Shown here one piece after another: positions 30,027 through 40,315 of a DNA stretch of 64,000 bases (positions are counted from its first letter, which is position 1; every line of letters begins with the position of its first letter). The stretch is taken from positions 224,001 to 288,000 of the forward strand of contig CAWGZR010000003.1 in NCBI GenBank assembly GCA_963827165.1. Reading direction: 5' to 3'. The notes under the pieces were generated by a model. That model was not told the origin of the DNA. It made no database searches and saw nothing but the letters and a program-made list of their open reading frames with translations. This DNA comes from Candidatus Bathyarchaeota archaeon (GTDB lineage Archaea > Thermoproteota > Bathyarchaeia > Bathyarchaeales > Bathycorpusculaceae). The translations under genes and the position numbers were made by a program.

Positions 30027-30162
30027 GTTAGTCGGGGCGCAGGCGAAACTTTCTAAAACATCTTGAGAATTTTTCGCTATTTTTATTCGTAGTTGTGTGC
30101 TGTTTGCAAGAAACCTTTATAAAAGCCGACTTTACTGACTGATAACATCGAGTACGATAAAA

Positions 30163-31191
30163 ATGAATACGAAATATCTCGCAATAGCATTAGTAATCAT
30201 AATAATCGTAGGTTCAGCACTTGGATATTTGGCATACAACGGAACATTCTCACCTAGCTCCAAAGTCTCCCCAACGCCATCACCCGCACCAACAACATCG
30301 CCAACCCCTTCGATAGCGCCAACAGCCACGCCGACACACTCGCCCACAGCAAAACCCAGCGCAACGCCGACAGCTTCCCCTATAATTACGGCGTCTCCTT
30401 CACCAACACCGTCGCCATCCCCGTCACCCACTTACGCGCCTTCAAGCTTGACAGTTTTCGCAGCCTCAAGCTTAACTAATGTCATCGCAAACATGACCGC
30501 TGCATTCCAAAACGAGTACAACGCCAAAATCACAGTCAACTCTGGTTCATCAAGCACCCTCGAACAACAAATCGTTGCAGGATCACCATGCGACGTTTTC
30601 ATGTCAGCAGACACTAAATGGACTAACGCTCTAAACAGCTCAGGTTTATTATTAAACAACAACGCAACAGCATTTACCTCAAACAGCCTCTGCGTAATCC
30701 TTCCACCAGGCAACCCCGCGGGAATTACATCACTGGCGGATCTTGCTAAACCAGGCATAACGACTAGTTGTAGCAGCAACCAGCGTACCAGTAGGCTCAT
30801 ACACAAACACAACCGTATGGAAAATTGACTCAACATGGGGCAACTCAAGTAGCCCTCTCTACCAAGGCACTGCTTACCAAAATTACAACGCCAGCTTCTA
30901 CGCTAACGTTAAATCCTATGAAACTTCCGATTCAAACATCGTAGGAGACGTCGGTCTAAACGTAGGCCAATTTGACGCTGGAATAGTGTTTGTCTCCGAC
31001 TGGTCATACGCCAACTTGACAGGCTCAGGAGTTCAATTCATGGCAATACCTTCAGCTGTGAACACTTAGGCAACTACGGCATAGCTGTAGTCAGCGAAAC
31101 AAACAACGCGAACATAGCTCAGATATTCATGAATTACTGGAGCACAACTGACGGACAAAACCTGTTAAAGGAATTCGGGTTCGGACAATAA
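30163..31191 (+). CDS. modA: Molybdate/tungstate ABC substrate-binding protein with S/T/P linker (two compensating frameshifts near 30760 and 31067)
   Basis: VFAASSLT, GSSSTLEQQI, DVFMSAD. Continues in a shifted frame as SVPVGSYT...DAGIVFVSD, then returns to the original frame as YGIAVV...GQNLLKEFGFGQ*. Confidence 0.88.
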
Positions 31192-31251
31192 AAGTGCGTA
31201 TATTAAGCGCTTGCCCAACCTTTTTTTATATAGTCAATCGGTGCGAAAATA

Positions 31252-32070
31252 TTGAAACACACATTTGCTAAATCGTTACCGGACAAGATTATAATTGCAA
31301 TTTTGATTCTCATAGTGATAACATACTTTCTTTTTGTAGTTTTACCAATAGTAGCGATTTTCTTAAGAATCGAGCCCAGCCAAGTAAATGCACAGTTGCA
31401 CAACGGCGCAATCATAGAAGCCATAGAACTTAGCCTTTATACGTCGGGAATATCCGCTTTAATTGCGTTGGTCTTAGGGGTGCCGACTGCTTATGTCATG
31501 GCAACACGAAATTTCCCTGGAAAAGCAATCATTGACACTCTGATAGATTTGCCCATAGTTTTGCCGCCTGCAGTCGCAGGTGTAGCATTGTTATACGCTT
31601 TCGCACCAAAAGGTCTCTTAGGCCCAATATTCAAGCACTTTGGATACATTCTGCCTGGGAGCACAGTAGCTGTAATCATCGCGGAAACTTTTGTGGCGTC
31701 CCCGTTTCTTTTGCGCTCTGCCAAAACGGGTTTTGAAGCCATGGATAAAGACGTTATTAACAGCGCTAAAATGTTAAGTGGTTCGCGTCTTAGAGTATTC
31801 TTCACTGTCACATTGCCCTTGTCCATGCGAGCGATAATTTCGGGGGCTATGATGACTTGGGCGAGAGCATTAGGCGAATTTGGAGCAACACTAATGTTCG
31901 CAGGAAACTTACCAGGCATTACCCAAACAATGCCGTTGGCAATCTATGTGTTCTTATATTCAGACCCTTTGGCAGGTGTCATGCTATCCATAATCCTAAT
32001 AATTATCGCGTTTGCAGTCCTTATCACGATCAAGCTTCTTGAGCAAAAGAAGTTCGGAGCCAAAAAATGA
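31252..32070 (+). CDS. modB: Molybdate ABC permease
   Basis: DLPIVLPPAVAG, WARALGEFGATLMFAGN. Confidence 0.92.
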   Translation: MKHTFAKSLPDKIIIAILILIVITYFLFVVLPIVAIFLRIEPSQVNAQLHNGAIIEAIELSLYTSGISALIALVLGVPTAYVMATRNFPGKAIIDTLIDLPIVLPPAVAGVALLYAFAPKGLLGPIFKHFGYILPGSTVAVIIAETFVASPFLLRSAKTGFEAMDKDVINSAKMLSGSRLRVFFTVTLPLSMRAIISGAMMTWARALGEFGATLMFAGNLPGITQTMPLAIYVFLYSDPLAGVMLSIILIIIAFAVLITIKLLEQKKFGAKK

Positions 32071-33174
32071 TAAAGATCAATTCAATTTCAAAATCATTTA
32101 AAAAGAAAAATGTTTTGGAAAACCTCAGTCTCGAAGTTAAAGACAAGGAAATCTTGTCACTTCTTGGCCCGAACGGATGTGGAAAAACAACGCTGCTAAA
32201 CATACTCTCTGGCTTAACCAGACAAGACGAAGGCGACGTTTTCATTAACAATGTCTTAGTTAGCGGGAAAACGGGCGCAAAAAAAGTCCAGCTTAAACCG
32301 TCGGAGCGAAAAGTCGGCTATGTCTTTCAAACAGTATCCCTTTTTCCGCACATGCGCGTTCAAGACAACGTGGCATACGGGTTAAAGGCGCTGCATCTAC
32401 CCAGACGGGAAGTTAGAAAAAGAACCGAATACCTACTGGATTTTGTAGGGCTTCGCGAATATGCAAAGTTTTATCCCAGCCAACTAAGCGGAGGCCAAAA
32501 ACAGCGGATTGCTTTGGCGCGGTCTTTGGCAACTGAACCCCAAGTTCTACTTTTGGATGAACCTGTATCCGCTGTGGATCCTCAACTGAGGGAATCTTTT
32601 AGGTTGGAACTCAAGAACTATTTGCAGGCATTAAAAATCACCGCAGTTTATGTAACGCACAATCTGACCGAAGCATTCGTTATGTCGGACAGGATAGCTG
32701 TAATGGGGAACGGGCATATTGAGCAAATTGGCAACCGAACAGAGATTTTTGATAAGCCAAGTTCATCGTATGTTGCCAAGTTTCTCGGTATCAACACTTT
32801 CGAAGGGAAAGCTGTCAGAACCCGAGGCGGCTTCTTAGAAATTGAGGCGAACGGCACCTTAATGTTGGCATCTCAAGTGTCTAACATGGTCGGAAAAAAT
32901 GTGATTGCCACCATTAAGCCCGAAGACATTATGCTTTCAAAATCCGCTGACTGCAATTCCGCTCTGACTCCAAGCAACACTGTTGAAGGAGTGATATCTG
33001 AGATGGTTCAAATGAGATCAAACGCCCAAGTCACAGTGGATGCAGGCTTCTTGATTAAAACAAGAGTTTCTTTAAGTTCCATCAAGAAGTCTAGGGCTCA
33101 ACATAGGCGACAAAGTATACGTGGTTTTCAGCCCTGATGCGTTGAACGTCTTTGAAGACAACAGCCGCGAATAA
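32067..33174 (+). CDS. modC: Molybdate ABC ATPase with TOBE domain (frameshift near 33088)
   Basis: GPNGCGKTT, LSGGQKQR, LLLDEP. The alternative frame completes TOBE as LGLNIGDKVYVVFSPDALNVF. Confidence 0.88.
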
Positions 33175-33443
33175 TGACTTCCGCGCGATGGTAAATTTCA
33201 GAAAAGAATATTATTTGGGTCTAAGGAGCAAGCAGAAACAACGCACTTCACTGAACTTTGAAGTTAAGGGTTACCGTCGCAGTGACAATGGTAATGCTCG
33301 TCTATATCTTCAGGTTCAGCGAATAAACCGAAGAAACTGAAAAGTTTGTACTTATTTTTCTTTCTGGCCATTATAGTTCCCTAATTTAAATGTAATGCAA
33401 TGAATAATTTAAACATAGTTTCATTTTCTGCCCGAAATAAAGT

Positions 33444-33995
33444 TTAGGCGTCTTTGCAGCTTACGGCTTTTTTCTGAACTAAATCGGCGAGATCTTTGGC
33501 TTGGGTCAAGCTACTAAGCATAGCAAGCCGAAATTCTTTTGCCTCATTTTTTTCAGCTTCGAATTCCATTATTAGCCCTGAAATCGCAAAGGCTGAGCTG
33601 TCCAGAAATTCCTTAACTTCCGCGCAGGTTTTTGCAGCAATTATCTTAGAGTGAATTGGCTCGTGTTCGAACCCCTCTAAAATAGCGAAATCAACTCCTT
33701 TCAGATATGGTAGAATCTCGTTTGTTGAGAGCCGTTTTTTTATGAATATCACGGTTTCCTCTTTGGGAACTGCCACCACAACTTCTGCGCCGGCTTTTGT
33801 GTACCGGTCGGTTTCGGTTGCTGGGGTATCTAACGTTGGAATCCTCACCATCTCCTTAATGGCGGCTACCCTGTACCCTCGGCTTTTTAACTCAGCGATT
33901 AAATGCTCAACAACGGTGGTTTTTCCCGAATGTTTCCCGCCGACTACTGCGACAAGTTTTGTCAAGATTGCGCCTTCCCAGCTTTTTACCGTCAA
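33444..33995 (-). CDS. mobB: MobB-family protein
   Basis: VVGGKHSGKTT, DTPATETDRY, AILEGFE. Confidence 0.85.
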   Translation of the reverse strand: MTVKSWEGAILTKLVAVVGGKHSGKTTVVEHLIAELKSRGYRVAAIKEMVRIPTLDTPATETDRYTKAGAEVVVAVPKEETVIFIKKRLSTNEILPYLKGVDFAILEGFEHEPIHSKIIAAKTCAEVKEFLDSSAFAISGLIMEFEAEKNEAKEFRLAMLSSLTQAKDLADLVQKKAVSCKDA

Positions 33996-34064
33996 TGAGC
34001 CATATAACGTTTAACGGAAACCAATGTGTGCTCTGCGCGAAATTATTAGCACGCCAAAGCGATC

Positions 34065-35447
34065 CTATTGATCGTTTTGTGTGGCGTAAATTGCTGCGTC
34101 TAAAATTAAACTGTTTGTGTTGCACCCTGTGCCAATGGTGCATTTCCCGCCGTTGTTTGCACCGTCAGCATACCCATTGGCGGATGGATTAGGGATAATA
34201 TTTTGCAGGTAAACGACCAAGTTTTGAGCAAACGTCGAATTATACAGCGCAAGAAAGCTGAAGGCGACTTTGCTGTAGATGATGGGGTTCATGTTGATGT
34301 ATGAGTTTGGTGTGATGCCAGTTATTTTCCATGCCTCGCCGTTTGGAGCGACTACCCACTCGTAAATATATTGGCTTGTGAAAGAGTCTCCTTCGCTGAA
34401 AGCAACGTACTTGCCTGTTGTGTCGTAGTAGGCTTGGTGAGCAAGGTAAACCTGCTTCATTAGATTGCTCAGTTCCGCGTTGCTGTTGTTAAGTTCGAAT
34501 ATTGCGCATAGCATGGGTTCGGTGGTGATGATAGCTTTTGGCAGTGAGACGCCGTAGGTTGTTATTGTTTGTGTGTTCGCTATGTTACTCATGATTTCGT
34601 TTGGGATATTACCGACTTGCTGGGGCCAGAAGCTTGCGAAGCCGCTGTCAATGCAATATCCGTATATGCTGTTTGACGTGGCGTCTTTTTCGACGCTGGG
34701 CAGAAGCGCGGCGTAGTCGCTTTGGTTGTAAACGATGTTATCTATCACAGGCGCTAGGCTGCTGTTGTACATTCTCAGGTTGTTTAGGGCATCAAAAAGT
34801 CTTCCCGTGTCAGCTCCGTCAACGATGCCAACTTCTTTATCCGACAATGAATGAAGATCTTGCCCATTTGTCGCGTCATAGTACCAGTATGGGTAACCTG
34901 TGGTAGCATTCAAAGGTCGATTTTCAAGAAAATCCATAACTTTCTCCAACCTTGCACTTGAACCCCAAGAGCCCTCCGCACTTATCAATCCGAGTTTCTG
35001 CGCATCAAGAACAGCTTGAATGTAACCACCTAAATCCCAAGAGGTAAAACCCACGAAATTTGTACCCGAAGCATATGGAAGCCCAGTTTTAGGGTCTACG
35101 CCTACGCCGGGTTGGAAATAAGCCCATGCGTTAGCGGCAATAGCGTGCCAGATGGAGCTGTTAACAGGTTGCCCAGCAACAACAAGACCTGAGCCACCGC
35201 TTTGGTGATTTGACGGGACAAAGTCTATTCCTAGCCAACGTGACATTTGTGAGTCTGACGAGGATACGGTAGCAAAAAATGAAATAAGCAAAATAGCTGC
35301 AACCACAATTGCAAATGCATACTTTGTTTTCCTTCCAAAACGCCTAAGACTTGGCCCTGAAGACCCACTTTTGTCCCCAATTGATAAACTCGTCATCTTT
35401 GCGCTTTTCAGTGGAGCGGTTTTTTTGCGAAGTAAAGTTTGGGGCAT
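34065..35447 (-). CDS. Membrane-anchored DUF3131-like (alpha/alpha)6 glycan-acting protein
   Basis: AWAYF...DPKTGLP, TSWDLGGYIQAVLDAQKLGLI, DTGRL, AFSEG. N-terminal TM helix. Confidence 0.65.
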   Translation of the reverse strand: MPQTLLRKKTAPLKSAKMTSLSIGDKSGSSGPSLRRFGRKTKYAFAIVVAAILLISFFATVSSSDSQMSRWLGIDFVPSNHQSGGSGLVVAGQPVNSSIWHAIAANAWAYFQPGVGVDPKTGLPYASGTNFVGFTSWDLGGYIQAVLDAQKLGLISAEGSWGSSARLEKVMDFLENRPLNATTGYPYWYYDATNGQDLHSLSDKEVGIVDGADTGRLFDALNNLRMYNSSLAPVIDNIVYNQSDYAALLPSVEKDATSNSIYGYCIDSGFASFWPQQVGNIPNEIMSNIANTQTITTYGVSLPKAIITTEPMLCAIFELNNSNAELSNLMKQVYLAHQAYYDTTGKYVAFSEGDSFTSQYIYEWVVAPNGEAWKITGITPNSYINMNPIIYSKVAFSFLALYNSTFAQNLVVYLQNIIPNPSANGYADGANNGGKCTIGTGCNTNSLILDAAIYATQNDQ

Positions 35448-35601
35448 TATATCCAGCTTGGTTTAATTGTAATTGGACATGGTTAAGATTTGGTTCGATT
35501 TAAAACTATGGCAAAATCAGAGTTTCCACAAACTGCGGGGCGCTCAAGCAAAATTTATAAAGCTAAGGCGGCGGTTTTTTCAGTCAGGAGCGTGAGGTTG
35601 C

Positions 35602-36168
35602 ACGGTTTTAGTTGTTGCCGCCGTCGGGGTAAGCGGTTCAGGAAAGACGGTTACGTTAGAATACTTGATTTCTCGCTTGTCAGCTGAGGGACTCCAGATT
35701 GGGTCAATTAAGCATGTTCACCATACAGGCTTCACAATGGATAAGGAAGGCTCCAACACTTGGCGGTACGCTCAAGCAGGCTCAAAAGTCATCGTTGCAA
35801 TCTCCCCAGAAGAAGTAGACATCATAAAGAAGACCCAGATGGCACTAAACGACCTTGACAACATAATCGCTTTGCTTGAAAATGAAAAGTTAGATCTGGT
35901 TTTCATCGAAGGCTTCCACAGCTTAATCGCGAAAAGGGAAGATGTACCCAAAATTGTCACTGCAAAAGATGAAGAAGGGCTCAAAGAGACTTTGAAAGGC
36001 ACTATGGATCCCATTATCGCAGTTGCAGGCATAATGGCTAAAAATTCAGCGGACACCCAATACCGCGGCATACCTTTAATCAAGATTCCAGAAGACGGAC
36101 AAAAACTCGTTGACCTAGTCAAAAAACATCTAGACAAAACCAAACTCAATATGAAATCCGCCGATTGA
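35602..36168 (+). CDS. mobB: MobB-family protein (second copy; start uncertain)
   Basis: P-loop VLVVAAVGVSGSGKT lies in frame upstream of the ORF-track start. IKHVHH, DKEGSNTWRY, FIEGF. Start codon probably hidden by an indel near 35600. Confidence 0.85.
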   Translation, partial: TVLVVAAVGVSGSGKTVTLEYLISRLSAEGLQIGSIKHVHHTGFTMDKEGSNTWRYAQAGSKVIVAISPEEVDIIKKTQMALNDLDNIIALLENEKLDLVFIEGFHSLIAKREDVPKIVTAKDEEGLKETLKGTMDPIIAVAGIMAKNSADTQYRGIPLIKIPEDGQKLVDLVKKHLDKTKLNMKSAD

Positions 36169-36180
36169 GGGAAAAGCTGC

Positions 36181-37269
36181 TTGAATAAACGCGCTGCGCT
36201 AATATTGGCAGGTGGAAAAGCCCGACGTTTCCAAGCCAAAGACAGCGGAGAATGGCAAGACAAGGCTCTCGCCGTTTTTTCGGGAAAACCTCTGCTGGTC
36301 AACGCAGTTGAGAACGTTAGGAGCGTTGTTGATGAGGTGGCGGTAAGCGTGAACAACGCGGACCGCGGGTTGAAGTACGCTGAAATTCTAAAGGATCATG
36401 GGTTGAATGCCGTCCGCATTGTGGTTGACGAAAAAACCGATATCAGCGGTCCCACGGTCGCGATTATGTCTGGATTAAAAGCCGTTGAGGCGGAGTATTG
36501 TCTTACGCTGCCCTGCGACATGCCGTTCCTAAGGCCTAAAGTCGCCGATTATATGTTTCGGCAAGCGGAGGGGGTTGACGTCGCCACGCCAATGTGGCCT
36601 AACGGCAGGATAGAAACGTTACTCACGGTTCTGAAGCGCCAAATCGGGTTAGAAATCACGGAGACTCTATGCCAACTTAACCGTCCCCGTTCAGACGACA
36701 TCCAAAGAGGCGCAGGCAAAACTCTCCTGATCTCAACCGTAAACGAAATTAAAACGTTTGATCCGGAACTCAAAAGCTTCATCAACATTAACTCCAAAGA
36801 AGACCTCAAATCGCTGCAGACCCGACGAGCCCAAGGTCCCATCAAACAAAACGTGGAATTAAACTGGGGACCCTTACCTGTTTCGGATTTGAAACTCCTC
36901 AGAGAAGGCGCCCAAAAAATTCATCAGGGCAAACTTTCGGAGGCACAAAGCGCTTTTTCTTTATCTGTCGAAAGTTTTGAGGTTAAGAAGTTGTTTTTTT
37001 GGGCGGCTGTTAGCGGGGAAAACTTGGGTGAAACCTTGCTGAAGCTTTCTGAAAAGCTGCACGATAAAAAAGTGGCGGCGGAGCGGGATTTTGAGGGCAA
37101 AGAAGCTTTTTTGAGTGCTGCGAACAATTACAGACTTGAAGCAGAGGCGTACGAGGAGAAGGATTGCCAATTGCTAGCTGAACGCGGGTTGGCAGATAAG
37201 GCTTGGTGTGAATCATGGGCCATGGGGAAGCACAGTCACGCACACCGTTACCCATCAAAAGTCACTTAA
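36181..37269 (+). CDS. mobA: Molybdenum cofactor guanylyltransferase with C-terminal helical extension
   Basis: LILAGGKARRF, DKAL, PCDMPFL, FININSKEDL. Confidence 0.85.
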   Translation: MNKRAALILAGGKARRFQAKDSGEWQDKALAVFSGKPLLVNAVENVRSVVDEVAVSVNNADRGLKYAEILKDHGLNAVRIVVDEKTDISGPTVAIMSGLKAVEAEYCLTLPCDMPFLRPKVADYMFRQAEGVDVATPMWPNGRIETLLTVLKRQIGLEITETLCQLNRPRSDDIQRGAGKTLLISTVNEIKTFDPELKSFININSKEDLKSLQTRRAQGPIKQNVELNWGPLPVSDLKLLREGAQKIHQGKLSEAQSAFSLSVESFEVKKLFFWAAVSGENLGETLLKLSEKLHDKKVAAERDFEGKEAFLSAANNYRLEAEAYEEKDCQLLAERGLADKAWCESWAMGKHSHAHRYPSKVT

Positions 37270-38545
37270 AACCGATTGAAGATAATTCTAGTTTGCCGAA
37301 AAGACTGACTTCCACTTTGTTGCCCTTTGCTAGCGACGTATGCGGGGGAACAATCGCGTACCCGTTTGATTTCGCTATGGTTGATAGTGCGCTTGAGCCG
37401 CCTTCAACCGGCGCCGCCAAGAATTTGCCTTCGTCACAGCTTAAGTGGAGGAGCAGAAACCTAAATTGTGGACCGGAATCAAATTCTTCAGTTAACTGCG
37501 CGCTCAAACGCGGCTGCATTCCTACTCCTTCTAGGCCAGTGTACAAGCGGATTAATGGTGCGACGAGATGGTAGAAGCCCGCTATGCACGACCCAATGTG
37601 CCCGGGCAGCATCACAACGGGTTTGCCATCCACAAGGCCAAATCCGGAAACTGCGCCAGGTCGCAATAAAATTCCCTGAACAACAACGCCTGGTTTCCCA
37701 AGCTCGTTCACCGCATCTGGTACAAAATCTTTCACCCCGACCGAAGAGCCGCCGATAGTAATGACAATGTCCGCGCACTCCAATGCTTCATCTATTCGCT
37801 CTTTCACCTTCTCCATGGAATCAGGCATGATTCCCAAGATTTGGGCTGATGCTCCAAGTTCAGAAACTAATCCCGAAACAACCAGAGCGTAGTTATTAGC
37901 GATTTTCTCTGGGTTTTTTTGTGTTTGCCTAATTAGTTCGTCTCCGCCTGAAAGAATGGCGACCATTGGCTTCTTGAATACTTCAGCCTTAACCACACCG
38001 ACGGAAGCAAGTAACCCTAGGTCTTGTGGTCGCAAAAGCTGGCCTTTCCTAAGAATTAAATCACCCGTCTTCACGTCATCACCGCGGGGTATTATGCCTT
38101 CGCCAGAATCGATCCGTCTGAGAACCAGGATTTGGTCGCCGCTTAGGCGGGTCTCCTCAACTTTCACGGTTGCGTTAGCGCCTTTCGGAATCGGGGCACC
38201 GCAAGCGACGTAAACTGCTTCCCCGCTCGCCACGCTGATCTCCGACAGGTAGTCGGCTGGGAAAAGTTTTCCAACAACCGTGAACATTGCGGGTGCGTTA
38301 AGTGCAGCGTCTTTGGTTTCCCTAGAGTTAATTGCGTAACCATCGATGAAGGTTTTGTCGTAGTCAGGAATATTGACGTTTGAAAAAACGTCTTTCGCAA
38401 GTATTCTTCCTAAAGCCCCCGTCAACGAAATGGCTTCGATCTGCAATTTGGTGGGGCGCGCGCCTTCAAGCAGCAACTTTTGCGCTTCGAAGGGATCGCC
38501 GCGTTTAGGCAACCTCTTTATGTCAGGTCTGTTCACTTTGGGCAC
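37262..38545 (-). CDS. moeA: Molybdopterin molybdotransferase MoeA
   Basis: IDGYAI, ACGAPIPKGA, GGDEL, IGGSSVGVKDF, MLPGH. Confidence 0.92.
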   Translation of the reverse strand: MPKVNRPDIKRLPKRGDPFEAQKLLLEGARPTKLQIEAISLTGALGRILAKDVFSNVNIPDYDKTFIDGYAINSRETKDAALNAPAMFTVVGKLFPADYLSEISVASGEAVYVACGAPIPKGANATVKVEETRLSGDQILVLRRIDSGEGIIPRGDDVKTGDLILRKGQLLRPQDLGLLASVGVVKAEVFKKPMVAILSGGDELIRQTQKNPEKIANNYALVVSGLVSELGASAQILGIMPDSMEKVKERIDEALECADIVITIGGSSVGVKDFVPDAVNELGKPGVVVQGILLRPGAVSGFGLVDGKPVVMLPGHIGSCIAGFYHLVAPLIRLYTGLEGVGMQPRLSAQLTEEFDSGPQFRFLLLHLSCDEGKFLAAPVEGGSSALSTIAKSNGYAIVPPHTSLAKGNKVEVSLFGKLELSSIGFK

Positions 38546-39331
38546 CTACAGGATTATTCTTTCTGCTCCAGTGTAAACGTTCATTCTGGTTCCGCGGACG
38601 AATCCGACGAGGGCGATGTTGGCTTTTTCAGCCGATGAAATTCCCGAGTTCAGAACCGCTGCTACTGAAGCCACAATGGGCAAGCCCACTTTGGCCGCCT
38701 TGTAAATCATGTCGCCGGGCACCCGACCCGTAATAATCATGAAACACTCGTTAAAGTCTTCGCGGTTCAGGGACGCTTCGCCGATGACTTTGTCAACCGT
38801 GTTGTGTCTGCCGACGTCTTCGGAGAAAGCAACCATTGTACCGTCGAATTTGAAAATGCCTGAGTCATGCAGGCCTCCTGTTTCTTTGAAACCTTTGGCG
38901 CGGCTATTCATCTGGGCGATGCAGTCAAGGATTACTTGCGCTTTCACCTTAAGCTGCGACTTCACAACGGGGATTTTTTCGTCATGCTGGTAAGCGGATG
39001 TGCTGGCTTTTAGCAATGGAATGATTCGTGTGCTTCTGCGGGAATGCTTCATGCGCTCGTCCAAATCGACGGTTGTTTTCAGCTTAACGTGGCAACTGTT
39101 TTCTTTCTCATTGCTACTCAAAGATTCGATTTCGTCAATACCTCGTAAAATGTCTTCGGCAAGCAGGTAGCCGACCGCGAGTTCCTTAAACTGGTTGGGA
39201 GAGCACCAAATCACAAACGTGTAAGAGTTGTTGAGTGAGATTTGGAGAGGGACTTCTTCGGCGACGCAATCCGTGGTTTTTTCTGCCTGCCCCGTTGATA
39301 AGTCAAGCCTTACCATCTTAACCTGACGCAT
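38546..39331 (-). CDS. fdhD: Formate dehydrogenase accessory sulfurtransferase FdhD
   Basis: AEEVPL, TGGLH, EDVGRHNTVDKVIG, LVGFVRG. Confidence 0.9.
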   Translation of the reverse strand: MRQVKMVRLDLSTGQAEKTTDCVAEEVPLQISLNNSYTFVIWCSPNQFKELAVGYLLAEDILRGIDEIESLSSNEKENSCHVKLKTTVDLDERMKHSRRSTRIIPLLKASTSAYQHDEKIPVVKSQLKVKAQVILDCIAQMNSRAKGFKETGGLHDSGIFKFDGTMVAFSEDVGRHNTVDKVIGEASLNREDFNECFMIITGRVPGDMIYKAAKVGLPIVASVAAVLNSGISSAEKANIALVGFVRGTRMNVYTGAERIIL

Positions 39332-39493
39332 AACTTGTCCTCTTGAGTCTTGGTTTTGAACTCAGCCATCTTGATAAGGCGTTCGGCTAAAACAGTATTC
39401 AAAAAAGATTTTGATGTTAGTTTTATTCGGGTAAGTTAATTAGCAAAAGAAATACCGTTTGTCTTATCAGTTAAGAAAGCGAAAAAAGAAAAG

Positions 39494-40315
39494 TTATAGG
39501 TATTTTTCGTAGCTTTTTAGTTGTGGGTTGTTGGCTTTGTTAACGAATAGCTTGCCTGTGCCATGTTCTGCTAGGTCGCCAAGGAATACGTAGAAGGGTC
39601 CTGCGACGCTTTGTGTGTCGTCTATTTTGACTTTGGGTTTAACGCTGTCAACTGTGAATCCGGGCATTACTTCTTGAATTGTGCCAGCTATGACGATTTT
39701 TCCGCCTGTCATCAATGCACCCGCGCGGTTGTCACATTCCTTTTCAACAAGGATTGTTCCTTCGCTCATGTGGTACCCAAGGAACCTGCCTGCGCCGCCC
39801 TTAATTTTCAGCACTCCACCGTGCAGGTAACATCCTACGTCGCTGCCGACTTTGCCATCAACAACTATCAAGCCGCCTTTCATGCCTGTGGCTGTTCCGC
39901 GGTATGGGGAAGCCAAATAGTCGCCCGCGTCTCCATGCACCTCAATTAAGCCGCCTTTCATGTCGTCACCCGACCATCCACCTATGTTGCCGTTTACTGT
40001 AATTTTGCCGCCAACCATTTTTTCGCCTGTGTGCATACCGCAATCGCCGTTGACAACTATTTCGCCTGTTTTCATGGCTTGGCCGATTCGTTTGACTTTG
40101 GCTGCGTCTCCGTTTATCGTGATGTAGGGTGTTTCAAGGTGGTCTTCTTGGATTTCGAAGAGGTCGCCGAGTTTTAAGTTGCGGTTTCCTTCGGTTAGGG
40201 GTAAGTTTGATATTTCAGTAGTGTCTTTGCCTTTGAAGACATCGGGGGTTATGCATGCCGCTTGGACAGGCACCTCGAATTTTCTTTTCGGAGTTAAGAT
40301 GATCATTTTAGACAC
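39494..40315 (-). CDS. fwdC: Formylmethanofuran dehydrogenase subunit C
   Basis: GXGXXM repeats, ITPD, LGDLAEHGTGKL. Confidence 0.93.
   Translation of the reverse strand: MSKMIILTPKRKFEVPVQAACITPDVFKGKDTTEISNLPLTEGNRNLKLGDLFEIQEDHLETPYITINGDAAKVKRIGQAMKTGEIVVNGDCGMHTGEKMVGGKITVNGNIGGWSGDDMKGGLIEVHGDAGDYLASPYRGTATGMKGGLIVVDGKVGSDVGCYLHGGVLKIKGGAGRFLGYHMSEGTILVEKECDNRAGALMTGGKIVIAGTIQEVMPGFTVDSVKPKVKIDDTQSVAGPFYVFLGDLAEHGTGKLFVNKANNPQLKSYEKYL

Noticed and set aside
30250-30435. Tandem repeat or low-complexity element (also about 62560-62710)
   Set aside because: These encode ordinary S/T/P-rich linkers in ModA and the YVTN protein.
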